This document shows, piece by piece, positions 9,664 through 18,927 of a DNA stretch of 64,000 nt. Source of the stretch: Candidatus Latescibacterota bacterium (lineage in GTDB: Bacteria > Latescibacterota > UBA2968 > GCA-2709665); the NCBI GenBank assembly GCA_965116875.1, contig OZ220733.1, forward strand, positions 1,120,001-1,184,000, read 5' to 3'. Every line of letters begins with the position of its first letter. Within the stretch, counting starts at the first letter, position 1. A program made the position numbers and the translations under genes. Under the pieces are notes generated by a model. That model saw only the letters and a program-made list of their open reading frames with translations, was not told the origin of the DNA and did not search any database.

Positions 9664-10674
9664 TTACAACGCCAGGACTTCCCGCCAGCGCTCCGCTTCA
9701 ACCGGGATTCCCAGCGTCAGATTCTCCTCCCGGGTCCTGAACATGCGCTCCCCGGGATAGGACACCGGCTCGCACCCTTCCAGCGGCCGGGCGGCGCGAA
9801 AGTCGGCGAGGGTCTGTTCCACGATTTCCCGCATCCGGTCGCCGGCGACAGCGCTGGCATGGATGGCGATAAAGACCTGGGAGACGCCGTACTCGGCCTC
9901 CTCCTGAGCGATCTGGTACGTTGAACGGCCCCCCGACAGCAGCGATGCAACCAGATCCAGCGACATCGCGAGTCCGATCCCCTTCCAGTGGCCGATGGGC
10001 AGCGGACGGCGGGCGGCCTGGATGGCGCCGGCGTCGTACGACAGGTTTCCGCTTTCGTCGTAACCACCGGGGACCGGAAGCCGCCGGTTGGCGACACGGT
10101 ACACGTCCAGTTTTCCGTGGGAGTACTGGCTCATCGCCATATCCAGCAGAAAATGCCGGCCTTCCGGCCGGGGAATGGAGAAGACCAGCGGATTGTTGCC
10201 CACCTTCCGGTCGGACGAACCGAACGGGGGGATGAGCTGCGTCGTATTCGTCCAGCAGATGCCGATACAGCCCGCGTCCGCTGCCCTCAGACCGTACGTT
10301 CCGGCCCGCATCCAGTGGTTGGTGTTTCTGAGGGACACGCAGCCCATTCCATGTTCATTCGCGATTTCAACCGCGCGGTCCATGCATACGCATGCATTGA
10401 GGATACCGGGGCCCAGTTTTCCGTCCCACTGCTCCAGAACGCCGAATTCGGATGCTTTTTCGGGCTCGGCGTGGAGGTCCATGCCCTTGCCGTTACGGGC
10501 CTGCCCGGCAAAGGACGGGAACCGGTTGACACCGTGGGAATAGACGCCGTCGCGTGTGGTCTCGGCGAAAATTCGCGCCAGGCGTTCGGCGCGTTCGGTG
10601 GTGAAACCGGTCTTGAGCAGGACGCGGTTCAGTTCCGCCACCATTGTGTCGAATTGTATCCGGCGCATATCCAT
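9664..10674 (-). CDS. dlgD: 2,3-diketo-L-gulonate reductase / Ldh_2 family oxidoreductase (DlgD/YiaK-like)
   Basis: DGVYSHGVNRFP, RNTNHWMRAGTYG, GNNPLV, LDMAMSQYS, WKG.GL, YPGE; start estimated. Confidence 0.85.
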   Translation of the reverse strand: MDMRRIQFDTMVAELNRVLLKTGFTTERAERLARIFAETTRDGVYSHGVNRFPSFAGQARNGKGMDLHAEPEKASEFGVLEQWDGKLGPGILNACVCMDRAVEIANEHGMGCVSLRNTNHWMRAGTYGLRAADAGCIGICWTNTTQLIPPFGSSDRKVGNNPLVFSIPRPEGRHFLLDMAMSQYSHGKLDVYRVANRRLPVPGGYDESGNLSYDAGAIQAARRPLPIGHWKGIGLAMSLDLVASLLSGGRSTYQIAQEEAEYGVSQVFIAIHASAVAGDRMREIVEQTLADFRAARPLEGCEPVSYPGERMFRTREENLTLGIPVEAERWREVLAL

Positions 10675-10681
10675 CTGGAGA

Positions 10682-11089
10682 CTAATCCCTTTCGGTGTAC
10701 CCCAGGACGACCAGCAGACACGGCCCGCCCGAGACGACGGCGATGCCGGCGTCCCGTGCATCTTCAACGGCTTTCCGGCTTTCCGCCCCCGGCTGCATCC
10801 AGATAAATTGAATTCCGGCGTCCGCTGCTTCCGTGACGATCCCTTCGGTAACCTCGGGCGGTGTGATAACGGAAATGCGGGTTACCGGTTCCGGAAGCGA
10901 CGCGAGATCGGGATACGCCTTCCGGCCTTCGACTTGTGCGGAACCCGGATTGATCGGGTACGCCTTCAGACCGTGCTGCAGATAACATCGAAGCACCTTG
11001 TTGCCGTATTTGGCACGGTCTTTCGAGGCGCCGACGACGGCATATGGACCGGTCTCCAGAAATGCATCGATCGTTTCGTCAAGTGTCAC
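10682..11089 (-). CDS. CoA-binding protein (YccU-like)
   Basis: AVVGAS.DRAKYG, YPINP, WMQPGAES, GPCLLV; GTG start after GGAG. Confidence 0.85.
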   Translation of the reverse strand: MTLDETIDAFLETGPYAVVGASKDRAKYGNKVLRCYLQHGLKAYPINPGSAQVEGRKAYPDLASLPEPVTRISVITPPEVTEGIVTEAADAGIQFIWMQPGAESRKAVEDARDAGIAVVSGGPCLLVVLGYTERD

Positions 11090-11123
11090 GGACGTTCTCC
11101 CCGTGGTCTGGTATTGCTGACGG

Positions 11124-11576
11124 TTACAGTTCATCGTATCGCGGCAGACTGTCCAGGAAGCGGTAGCTCCGTTCCACGCGGTCAAGGGCGTAGCAGTAGT
11201 GGGTGATCCCGTTGGTGACGACCAGGTAATCCGTCCCGACGGACGTATTATAGCGCGCGATCTGATCGAACGCCTGCTGTCTGATCTTCACGTCGGGCGC
11301 CTTGCATTCGGCCATGAGAACGGGTTCTCCCCTGCCGTTGTAAACGATAACGTCGGCGCGGTGCTGCATGCCGCCGTACGCGAAAGCCGATTCGACCGCG
11401 GTTCGACCCGCAGGATAGCCCAGGTCCCGGACAAGGTGCTGTATCAGGTTCTGGCGGACCCATTCCTCTGGCGTGAGGCGCACGTGTTTCCGGCGAAGCG
11501 GATCGAAAATGGTCCTTCTTTCGCCGCTGGCGCGGATATCGAAGTCGTACTGGCGCGGAAAGTTGAGAGATTGCAT
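11124..11576 (-). CDS. Stand-alone HsdR N-terminal (HSDR_N_2) domain protein
   Basis: IFDPLRRK..LTPEEWVRQ, RADVIV, ECKAP, QIARYN, VTNG (PD-(D/E)XK fold). Confidence 0.85.
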   Translation of the reverse strand: MQSLNFPRQYDFDIRASGERRTIFDPLRRKHVRLTPEEWVRQNLIQHLVRDLGYPAGRTAVESAFAYGGMQHRADVIVYNGRGEPVLMAECKAPDVKIRQQAFDQIARYNTSVGTDYLVVTNGITHYCYALDRVERSYRFLDSLPRYDEL

Positions 11577-11643
11577 GGGAATAGGCTGCAGCGCGCGGGG
11601 TCGCGGTTCAGGAAGTCCATCAAAAAGCCGCCGATGATCTCAG

Positions 11644-12813
11644 CTAGCGGGCGTGCCAGAGTTCGGGACGTTCGACGTGCCGGCGGACGGTGTCCAGGAA
11701 CCGCGCGGCAGGACCGCCATCGACGACGCGATGGTCGAAGGTGAGACTCAGGGCGACCATGTCCCTGGGCACGACCCGCCCCTGGTATACCCCCGGTTTC
11801 GAGACGATCCGGCCCACGCCCAGAATGGCGCACTGCGGCAGGTTGACGATGGGCGTAAACACGTCGATCCCGTACGCGCCCAGGTTCGTAATCGTAAACG
11901 TCCCTCCTTGAAGGTGTTCGGGTTCGAGCTCTCCCTGCCTGGCCTTCAGAACCAGGTCCGCGGTTTCCCTGGCGAGTTCGGGCAAGTCCCTGGCGCCGAC
12001 GTTTGTGATGACGGGGACCAGAAGGCCGGCATGGGTATCCACGGCGATTCCGATGTGGATCTCATCGTGCCTGTGGACCGTCCCGTCCCGCCAGGAGGCG
12101 TTCAGGCCCGGATGTTCGGCCAGGGCGACAGCCGTCAGCTTCACGAAAAGGTCGTTGACCGTGAGGTGGGGAATGTCGAGTTCCGTGCGCAGGGCCGCGA
12201 AATCCGTCGCATCCGCTTCCGTGGAAAGTGTCACCGGTGCGGTCTCGGCGTGACTCTCGGTCATTCGCCGCGCAATGGTCCGGCGGATCGTAGCCTCGGA
12301 TCTGTCCGGGGACGGGCCCGGGGCGGCAGCCCGGACGTCCCGTTCGACAATGCGGCCGTTCCGACCGCTGCCCTGAAGCGTGCTCCAGTCGACACCCAGT
12401 TCCGTCGCCAGGCGAAGCGCCCGCGGGCTGATCGCGGACCGGCCCTTTCTTCCTTTCGGTCGATCCGCGCGAGGCCGGGAAGGGGCGGCCCGTTGCGGGC
12501 TTGACTCCGCTTCCTTCTCCACCGCCGGCGAGGCGGAAGCCGCGGCGGGAGGTTGTTCCCCCGGACCCAGCAGGAAACCCAGCACCGCGCCGATCGGCAG
12601 CGTGTCTCCGGGTTGAGGCGCATCGGGCGGTATATACAGGGTTCCGCTGTCGAAAGATTCGATTTCGTTGATCGCCTTGTCGCTTTCAACGGTGAAGATG
12701 ATGTCTCCTGCCTGGATCTGATCCCCGTCCTGCTTGAGCCATTCGACCAGGGTACCTTCCTCCATGGTCCATCCCAGGCGGGGCATGACGATTTCTGTGG
12801 CCATGGAGATCAT
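11644..12813 (-). CDS. Dihydrolipoamide acyltransferase (E2) of a 2-oxoacid/acetoin dehydrogenase
   Basis: Lipoyl domain VESDKA, E3-binding GSGRNGRI, catalytic FDHRVVDG. Confidence 0.92.
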   Translation of the reverse strand: MISMATEIVMPRLGWTMEEGTLVEWLKQDGDQIQAGDIIFTVESDKAINEIESFDSGTLYIPPDAPQPGDTLPIGAVLGFLLGPGEQPPAAASASPAVEKEAESSPQRAAPSRPRADRPKGRKGRSAISPRALRLATELGVDWSTLQGSGRNGRIVERDVRAAAPGPSPDRSEATIRRTIARRMTESHAETAPVTLSTEADATDFAALRTELDIPHLTVNDLFVKLTAVALAEHPGLNASWRDGTVHRHDEIHIGIAVDTHAGLLVPVITNVGARDLPELARETADLVLKARQGELEPEHLQGGTFTITNLGAYGIDVFTPIVNLPQCAILGVGRIVSKPGVYQGRVVPRDMVALSLTFDHRVVDGGPAARFLDTVRRHVERPELWHAR

Positions 12814-12832
12814 CCTCGTGTAGCCGCCGCGA

Positions 12833-13819
12833 CTATTCCTCCATCAGGTCGCGGATGGCCTGCGATATGGATTCCGGCTGCGGCAGGCAGGCAGCCTCGA
12901 GCGGGGCGCTGTACGGCGTGGGGACATGCGCGCCGTTCAGGCGGCCTACCGGCGCGTCCAGATCGTCGAACGCCAGGCTCTGGACCTGAGCGGCGATTTC
13001 GGCGCCGATGCCGCACGGGCCGAATGCCTCGTCCACGATCAGCAGGCGCCCCGTCTTGTGTACGGATTCCAGTATGGTATCCATATCCAGCGGCGCCACG
13101 GTGCGCGGGTCGATGAGTTCCACGGAGATGCCGTCCCCAGCGAGTTCGTCGCAGAGTTTCCACGTGAGGGGTATCATATTCGCCAGCGCAACAACGGTAA
13201 TGTCCCCACCCTCGCGGCGGACCTCGGCCTGTCCGAAGGGAATGGCGTACGGCGTTTCGGGCACCGGACCCCGATGGTTGAGGATGGACTTGTGTTCGAG
13301 AAAGAGAACGGGATCATCGCCTTCCAGGGCGGTCTTGAACAGGCCCTTGGCGTCGTACGGCGTGGCGGGCAGGGCCACGCGGAAGCCGGGCAGGTGGGCG
13401 AAAACGGGATAGTAATTTCCCGAGTGGTGGGTGGCGGCGGCGCCACCGATCCCCACGCAGCCTCGCAGCACCACGGGCATGGACAGGCGGCCGCTGCTCA
13501 TATATTGCATCTTGGCGATCTGGTTGACCATTTCGCCGAAGCCGTCCAGGATGAAGTCGATGAACATGAAATCCACCACGGGCCGCGCGCCTGCCATGGC
13601 CGCGCCCGTGCAGAGCCCGATAAAGCCCCGCTCGCAGATCGGCGTATCGCACACCCGCATGGGACCGTAGCGTTCGTAGAGTCCGGTGGTGGTGTTGAAG
13701 TTGCCGCCGCGTTCACCCACGCCTTCCCCCACGACGAAGACGGACGGGTCCGCCGCCATGGCATCGGACAGGGCTTCGCGCGCGGCTTCCGTAAACGTGA
13801 TTTCACGCATGGTTCGCAT
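12833..13819 (-). CDS. 2-oxoacid/acetoin dehydrogenase E1 beta subunit
   Basis: DTPICE.GF.G, DAKGL, DPVLFLEHK, IDPRTV.PLD. Confidence 0.92.
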   Translation of the reverse strand: MRTMREITFTEAAREALSDAMAADPSVFVVGEGVGERGGNFNTTTGLYERYGPMRVCDTPICERGFIGLCTGAAMAGARPVVDFMFIDFILDGFGEMVNQIAKMQYMSSGRLSMPVVLRGCVGIGGAAATHHSGNYYPVFAHLPGFRVALPATPYDAKGLFKTALEGDDPVLFLEHKSILNHRGPVPETPYAIPFGQAEVRREGGDITVVALANMIPLTWKLCDELAGDGISVELIDPRTVAPLDMDTILESVHKTGRLLIVDEAFGPCGIGAEIAAQVQSLAFDDLDAPVGRLNGAHVPTPYSAPLEAACLPQPESISQAIRDLMEE

Positions 13820-14792
13820 CCCGGCCGCTGAAAACGTGGTCCGTTACCGTAGCGGGATCCGGCCATGGGCTTTTCCTGGCGAACTCGACGCCCTCTTCGA
13901 CGGCGGCCCTGACCTCGTTTTCAATCCCGTCGAGGGTCTCCCGGCCGGCGATGCCGCCGTCCATCAGTTTTCCCTCCAGCAGTGCGATGGGGTCCCTGGC
14001 CTTCCAGGTCTCGAGCTCCTCCTGCGTACGGTAACCGGTATCCCGCATCCCCTCCGCGTGGGGGCGGGTGCGGTAGGTCTTGCAGTCCAGCAGCGTGGGA
14101 CCGCCCCCTTCCCGGGCGCGACGGACGGCGTCGCCGGCTTTTTCATGGACGTCGAGGACGTCGTTTCCGTCAACCTGAACGCCGGTCACGCCATAGCCTT
14201 CCGCGCGCCTGGCGATATTCGTATTCCGCGTGGCGTACTCGAAGGCGACTTCGGTGGCGTACCGGTTGTCCTCCAGGACGAAGACCACGGGCAGTTGCCA
14301 GATGGCGGCCATGTTCAGGCCTTCGTGAAAGGCGCCGTTGCTAACGCCTCCGTCGCCGAAGAAAGCCACGCTGACGCGGTCGGTCTCGAGCAATTTGAAC
14401 GTATAGGCGGCGCCTGCGGCCTGAAGGATGCAGGGGCCCACGATGCCGCTGGTGCCCATCAGCCCCATTTCGGGGGAGAACAGATGCATGCTGCCGCCCC
14501 GCCCCCGCGCGCACCCCGTGGACTTGCCGAAGAGTTCCGCGATGAGTTCGCGTATGGGAACGCCCTTGGCGAGCGCGTGTCCGTGGCCCCGGTGGGTACT
14601 GAAGATCGTGTCTTCCCCGCGCAGGTGCGCGCAAACGCCCGCCGCGATGGCCTCTTCGCCGACGTACGTGTGGCAGGCCCCCGGGATGAGTCCGGCCTGG
14701 TACGACCGGGCGATCTGCTCCTCGGTGCGCCGGATCGTGAGCATCTGGCGGTAGAGGGACAGGTAACGTTCGTTATCGAGGTCGTCCGGCAT
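13803..14792 (-). CDS. TPP-dependent 2-oxoacid/acetoin dehydrogenase E1 alpha subunit
   Basis: THRGHGH, GRGGSMH, TPP motif GDG...EDNRY. Confidence 0.92.
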   Translation of the reverse strand: MPDDLDNERYLSLYRQMLTIRRTEEQIARSYQAGLIPGACHTYVGEEAIAAGVCAHLRGEDTIFSTHRGHGHALAKGVPIRELIAELFGKSTGCARGRGGSMHLFSPEMGLMGTSGIVGPCILQAAGAAYTFKLLETDRVSVAFFGDGGVSNGAFHEGLNMAAIWQLPVVFVLEDNRYATEVAFEYATRNTNIARRAEGYGVTGVQVDGNDVLDVHEKAGDAVRRAREGGGPTLLDCKTYRTRPHAEGMRDTGYRTQEELETWKARDPIALLEGKLMDGGIAGRETLDGIENEVRAAVEEGVEFARKSPWPDPATVTDHVFSGRDANHA

Positions 14793-14828
14793 GGCGCTTA
14801 CCCTGCCTGGTCTGTTGGTATCACGGGG

Positions 14829-15023
14829 TTAAACCAAAATAAAAAACGGCAACCGGGCGTCGCGATAGAACCCCCCGAAACGGGCTGAAATGGTCGTCCG
14901 GAAGGGCATTTTTTCCGTTCACGTCCATTGACCTAGTGTATCCTGGGTATCCGCAGTTGAATCGCCTTTATCAACTTGCACATTTACGAATTAACATCCA
15001 CGAAAAGTGACGAATCCTGATTA
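14829..15023 (-). repeat. Dispersed ~200-bp intergenic element, copy A
   Basis: Reverse complement aligns with 41298-41450 and 61300-61450 (TTTTCGTGGA.GTTAATTCG..TGCAAGTTGATAAAGGCGATT..CCAGGAT..TGGACG..AACGGAAA..CCCGTTT). Confidence 0.75.
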
Positions 15024-15833
15024 GCCGCTGACGATCGGGCCTCCGGGATAGGTGCCTCCGGCGTTCATCGCGAGATTTCCGCCGTCCATCGGCAACATCA
15101 CGCCGGTGACCCACGCCGATGCGTCGGACGCGAGGAAGATGGCAACGCCCACGATGTCCCGCGGCTCGCCGAACCGGCCCGCCGGAATGCCGCCCAGCCA
15201 GGTATCGGCCATGCGGGGTTCGGCCCGAAGGCGTTTTTCCAGGAACGGGTTCATGACCTGGGCGGGAAGAATTGCGTTCACGCGCACGCCGCGGCTGCTC
15301 CACTCCGTGCTGAGTTCCCGGGTCATCTGGGCGACGGCGCCCATGCCGATGCTGTAAGCGACGTGGCCTCGCCCGATCGCGGTGAGGCTCGCGAGAGAGC
15401 CGATATTGATGATGCTGCCTTTGCCCGCCGCGAGCATCCGCCGGCCTCCCTCCTGGCAACTGCAGAAGCGCGCGATGACCAGAGACTGCATGCTTTCCTG
15501 GAGCTGATCCAGGGTGAGATCCTCGGGTTTGCCCAGCATGGTGGCGCCGGCGACGTTGCCCAGAACGTCGATCCGGCCGAATTCACCATCCAGCCGGGAG
15601 AACATCCCGCGGACCTGGTCCACGTCGGAAACGTCGCACCGCACGGGAATGGCGCGTCGGCCCAGCGATTCGATCTCGTGGGCGGTTTCCTGCGCGCCGG
15701 GCTCGTTGACGTCGGCCAGCATGAGATCCGCCCCGGACTCGGCAAAGCCCACGGCCATCGCCTTGCCCATCCCGCTGGCCGCGCCCGTCACGAGGGCGAC
15801 ACGGTCCGTCATGTCGAATATTGTATGTGACAT
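15021..15833 (-). CDS. Short-chain dehydrogenase/reductase (SDR)
   Basis: TGAASGMG, IINIGS; the catalytic YxxxK appears as YSIGM; DGG near the C-terminus. Confidence 0.9.
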   Translation of the reverse strand: MSHTIFDMTDRVALVTGAASGMGKAMAVGFAESGADLMLADVNEPGAQETAHEIESLGRRAIPVRCDVSDVDQVRGMFSRLDGEFGRIDVLGNVAGATMLGKPEDLTLDQLQESMQSLVIARFCSCQEGGRRMLAAGKGSIINIGSLASLTAIGRGHVAYSIGMGAVAQMTRELSTEWSSRGVRVNAILPAQVMNPFLEKRLRAEPRMADTWLGGIPAGRFGEPRDIVGVAIFLASDASAWVTGVMLPMDGGNLAMNAGGTYPGGPIVSG

Positions 15834-15895
15834 GGTTCATCTCCGCGAATGCGTCTGAATCGGGCGCTTTCTGCTCTGATACAGATGTTGATCGG

Positions 15896-16261
15896 TCAAT
15901 CGCCCAGATACGCGACGGCGTCGATTTCCACGAGGATGCCCTTATACATATCACCGGCGCCCACCAGACGCCTGGTGGGCATCCGGCTCCTGTTTTTGAA
16001 ATACCGCATATAGGTGCGATTGAATCCGTCGCGGTCCGCCATGTCCAGGAGGAAGACGTTGACACGGACGACGTCGTCGAAGGTGGCGCCTTCGCTTTCC
16101 AGCACCTGCACCATGTTGTCCATCGTGAAAACGGTCTGTTCCTCAATATTCTCCCCAACCACCTCGGCGCCGTCGACGGGGCCGAAGCCGGAGAGAAAAA
16201 GCAGATCGCCGGCGCGGCGGGACATCGAATAAAAGGGTTCGGGACTCACCTGTTTTGCCAT
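15896..16261 (-). CDS. RidA/YjgF family protein
   Basis: LFLSG, FN..Y..YF, P.R, LVEIDAVAY. Confidence 0.9.
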   Translation of the reverse strand: MAKQVSPEPFYSMSRRAGDLLFLSGFGPVDGAEVVGENIEEQTVFTMDNMVQVLESEGATFDDVVRVNVFLLDMADRDGFNRTYMRYFKNRSRMPTRRLVGAGDMYKGILVEIDAVAYLGD

Positions 16262-16319
16262 GGAAATCGTCTCCTGAATTGTTTCGTCTGACGCCGGGAT
16301 GATGCGGGAAGCGGCACGG

Positions 16320-17417
16320 TCACAACCGGGCGAACAGCGCGACGTCCTTTCGATGATCGAAAAATGAGGGTTCGTGCTCCTTCAGTGGGAAGCGTGGACG
16401 AACGCCGGTGTTGACGACGTTGTCGGGATGCGGCCAGCGGCTGCCAAGTACCGAGACGAGGTTCTCCACACCCGTGATCGCCACGTCCAGGCTGGCCTGC
16501 ACGGACAGACCGGAGACGTGCGGGGTCAGGATCACGTTGTCGAGCCGGGCGAGCGCGTGGTCGGGCGGCGCCTCCCGTTCGCCGAAGATCTCGATGTCGT
16601 CGAACGTGTCCAGCGCGGCCCCCGCCAGATGACCGTTTCGCAGAAGGTCCGCGAGGGCGCTTTCGTCCGTGATGGCCCCGCGGCAGGTGTTGATGAAAAA
16701 GGACCCGGGTTTCACCTTCCGGAGGGTTGATCCGTCCAACAGATGATGGGTCTCCCGAGTCAGGGGCAGATGCAGGGAGACGAAGTCCGACTCCGCCAAT
16801 AGCGTATCGAGGTCCACGATCCTGACGCCCAGGGCATCGGCCTCGTCCCTCGGCGCGCGCATGTTTTTCCTGGTGGCCAGGAGTCTCAGGCCAAAGGGCC
16901 TTGCCCGTTGCACGACGGCTTTGGCCGAGGCGCCGAAACCGATCAGGCCTAGCGTGAGGCCGGAGATGCGATGAAGGCCGAGACCTTCTTCTCGCGCTTT
17001 CCGGAACCTGCCGGCGTAAAAGTGCCGTGACATTGCGGGAATTCGCCGGGCGAGGCCGAGCAGGGAAGCCATGACGTGGTCGGCCATCTCTTCGTTGCAG
17101 AACGTGGGGACGTTGGAGACGACGATGCCGTCACGCGTGGCGGCCTCCACGTCGATCTTGTCCGTGCCATTGCCCAGACGGGAAATGATCGTGCATCTGG
17201 TGAGGCTCCTGATGACCGGATCGGGGAGGGACGCCGACACGACGGCCAGGGCGTCGCAATCCGCAACACCCGCAATGATGTCGTCCGGTTCGTACGCGTC
17301 CACCAGGACAGGGCTGATACCATAGTGCCTGTACAGCGCCGCTTCGGTCGGACTGACCGGAATGACCTCGGCGTTGAGGCGGACGAATCGGATATGTCCA
17401 AAGTCGGTCCTGGGCAT
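16320..17417 (-). CDS. D-isomer specific 2-hydroxyacid dehydrogenase (CtBP-like)
   Basis: GLIGFG, SLHLPL, INTCRG, LTPHVSG. Confidence 0.9.
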   Translation of the reverse strand: MPRTDFGHIRFVRLNAEVIPVSPTEAALYRHYGISPVLVDAYEPDDIIAGVADCDALAVVSASLPDPVIRSLTRCTIISRLGNGTDKIDVEAATRDGIVVSNVPTFCNEEMADHVMASLLGLARRIPAMSRHFYAGRFRKAREEGLGLHRISGLTLGLIGFGASAKAVVQRARPFGLRLLATRKNMRAPRDEADALGVRIVDLDTLLAESDFVSLHLPLTRETHHLLDGSTLRKVKPGSFFINTCRGAITDESALADLLRNGHLAGAALDTFDDIEIFGEREAPPDHALARLDNVILTPHVSGLSVQASLDVAITGVENLVSVLGSRWPHPDNVVNTGVRPRFPLKEHEPSFFDHRKDVALFARL

Positions 17418-17525
17418 TGGGTCAATTGTGGAAAACAGCCCGCATCCGCGTGACAACGCTCGCGGCCAGGGTTTATTTCCTGATCGGATCACCTTCCTGA
17501 AGGTACGTTCCGGTCTCCCTGTCTG

Positions 17526-17725
17526 TCATTGCGGCGCCGGCGCCTCCGGGGAAAGAAGGAGCAATCCCGGCACGGTTGCAAAATGGCGATCCATCGAGAC
17601 CAGCCGCAAACCGTGCTCCATGGTCTGAGCCGCGATCCAGATATCGTTTGTCGGGATCGGGGTCCCCGCTCGCCTGAACCCGTGTACGATATCGCAGGCC
17701 GCGGGTCAAGTAAGATGCGCTTGCC
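17526..17725 (-). pseudogene. vapC: VapC/PIN toxin remnant with an internal deletion
   Basis: KRILLD (PIN N-terminus) is joined out of frame to GTPIPTNDIWIAAQTMEHGLRLVSMDRHFATVPGL (PIN C-terminus). Confidence 0.8.
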
Positions 17726-17919
17726 GCCGTTGAAACGATGGACGTCTATGGTATCCCGCGCGTTCGAGGTAACCCGCGCCGTCGCCGGTCAAAAACACGA
17801 CATGCCCGTATTCCCGTTGTAATTCAGTGCGGCATTGAGTGGTCTGACATCGCGGGGCAGGCCGCCGCGGTAATGATTCTGTCGACACCGCGTCAAAGTC
17901 GAGATCGGCCGGCAACGAT

Positions 17920-18744
17920 CTACAGTTTCAGGAACAACCCGACTTCCCAGACAGGGGCATCGAGCAGGTTGTGGCTTCGCGTGAACCTCGACATGCCGGC
18001 GGTAATTCCCGCGTTGGGCGAAACATGGAAATCGATCTGGGCGCCAAAGGACAGGTACTCGAGATCGTTGCGCGGGTGAAACTCATCATCTGCTCTGTCG
18101 AGGGCTTCGACCCCGCGGAGCCAGACGGAGACGCCCATTCGCTCGGCGATCGTATATCCGGCCTGCAGACTATATCGCAACTCGTCCGCGTAATTGTCAT
18201 CGCGATTGTCACTGCTCTTTCGGTTGTTGTATCCAATCTCACCTATCAGATAGGCAGGTGCGGGATAGAGCGAATGGCCTACTTGAAAGGAAACATGCTG
18301 ATTGAATTCGCCATCGCCTGTCCAGAGGACGATATCCCCCCCCGATTCGCCCAGCGGCAATCCTGCCATGGCCTGCAGACTGACCACCGTTGGTCCCTTT
18401 GTCAGAATCCCGATCCTGACACCTGCGTCCCCATCGCCAACACCGGCTGTTGAATCGAACCCCTCGACGTCCACGCCGAAGTGCGCATAGACCGGCATGT
18501 AGCCCACCAGCGTCACCCGGTCAGTCAAGCCGAATTCACCGTAAAGGCTTGTCGTATAGCCACTCACGGTCGGGATCTCGGTCTTCGATCCATTCGCCGT
18601 GAAAAGTGACTCGGCGCGAATGACCTGCTGGCTGAGTTTGAAGTACCCCTTACCCTTCGGCTGCGTCCATCCGCCCGCGTGGGCGATGAAGGAATCGGAT
18701 ATCATCACGCACGTGAGCAACGCGGCAAAAACAAACCTGTTCAC
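17920..18744 (-). CDS. Outer-membrane beta-barrel protein, function unknown
   Basis: Signal peptide (AHA-GGWTQPKGKGY), alternating beta-strand pattern, hydrophobic/aromatic C-terminal strand. Confidence 0.65.
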   Translation of the reverse strand: MNRFVFAALLTCVMISDSFIAHAGGWTQPKGKGYFKLSQQVIRAESLFTANGSKTEIPTVSGYTTSLYGEFGLTDRVTLVGYMPVYAHFGVDVEGFDSTAGVGDGDAGVRIGILTKGPTVVSLQAMAGLPLGESGGDIVLWTGDGEFNQHVSFQVGHSLYPAPAYLIGEIGYNNRKSSDNRDDNYADELRYSLQAGYTIAERMGVSVWLRGVEALDRADDEFHPRNDLEYLSFGAQIDFHVSPNAGITAGMSRFTRSHNLLDAPVWEVGLFLKL

Positions 18745-18762
18745 TCAATACTCCTTTGCATA

Positions 18763-18924
18763 GAAGCTGTCTTAAAATTCCCAGCGGTCTTCGCGCGGCT
18801 GCAAGAGCGCCGGTCGGCGTTGGTCAAACCCACCCGTATAACCAAATATGGGCGGATTTTCCCGCCTTGACCACCACTCTTTAGCTCGCGCTCGCGAACT
18901 CACCGGTAATTTTAAGACAACTTC
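18763..18924 (+). mobile_element. 162-bp MITE, copy 1
   Basis: TIRs GAAGCTGTCTTAAAATT / AATTTTAAGACAACTTC; same length as the copies at 50156 and 61969. Confidence 0.88.
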
Positions 18925-18927
18925 CTA

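Noticed and set aside
11124-11576. Type I restriction-modification system
   Set aside because: Only a 150-aa stand-alone HsdR_N-like domain; no helicase, hsdM or hsdS nearby
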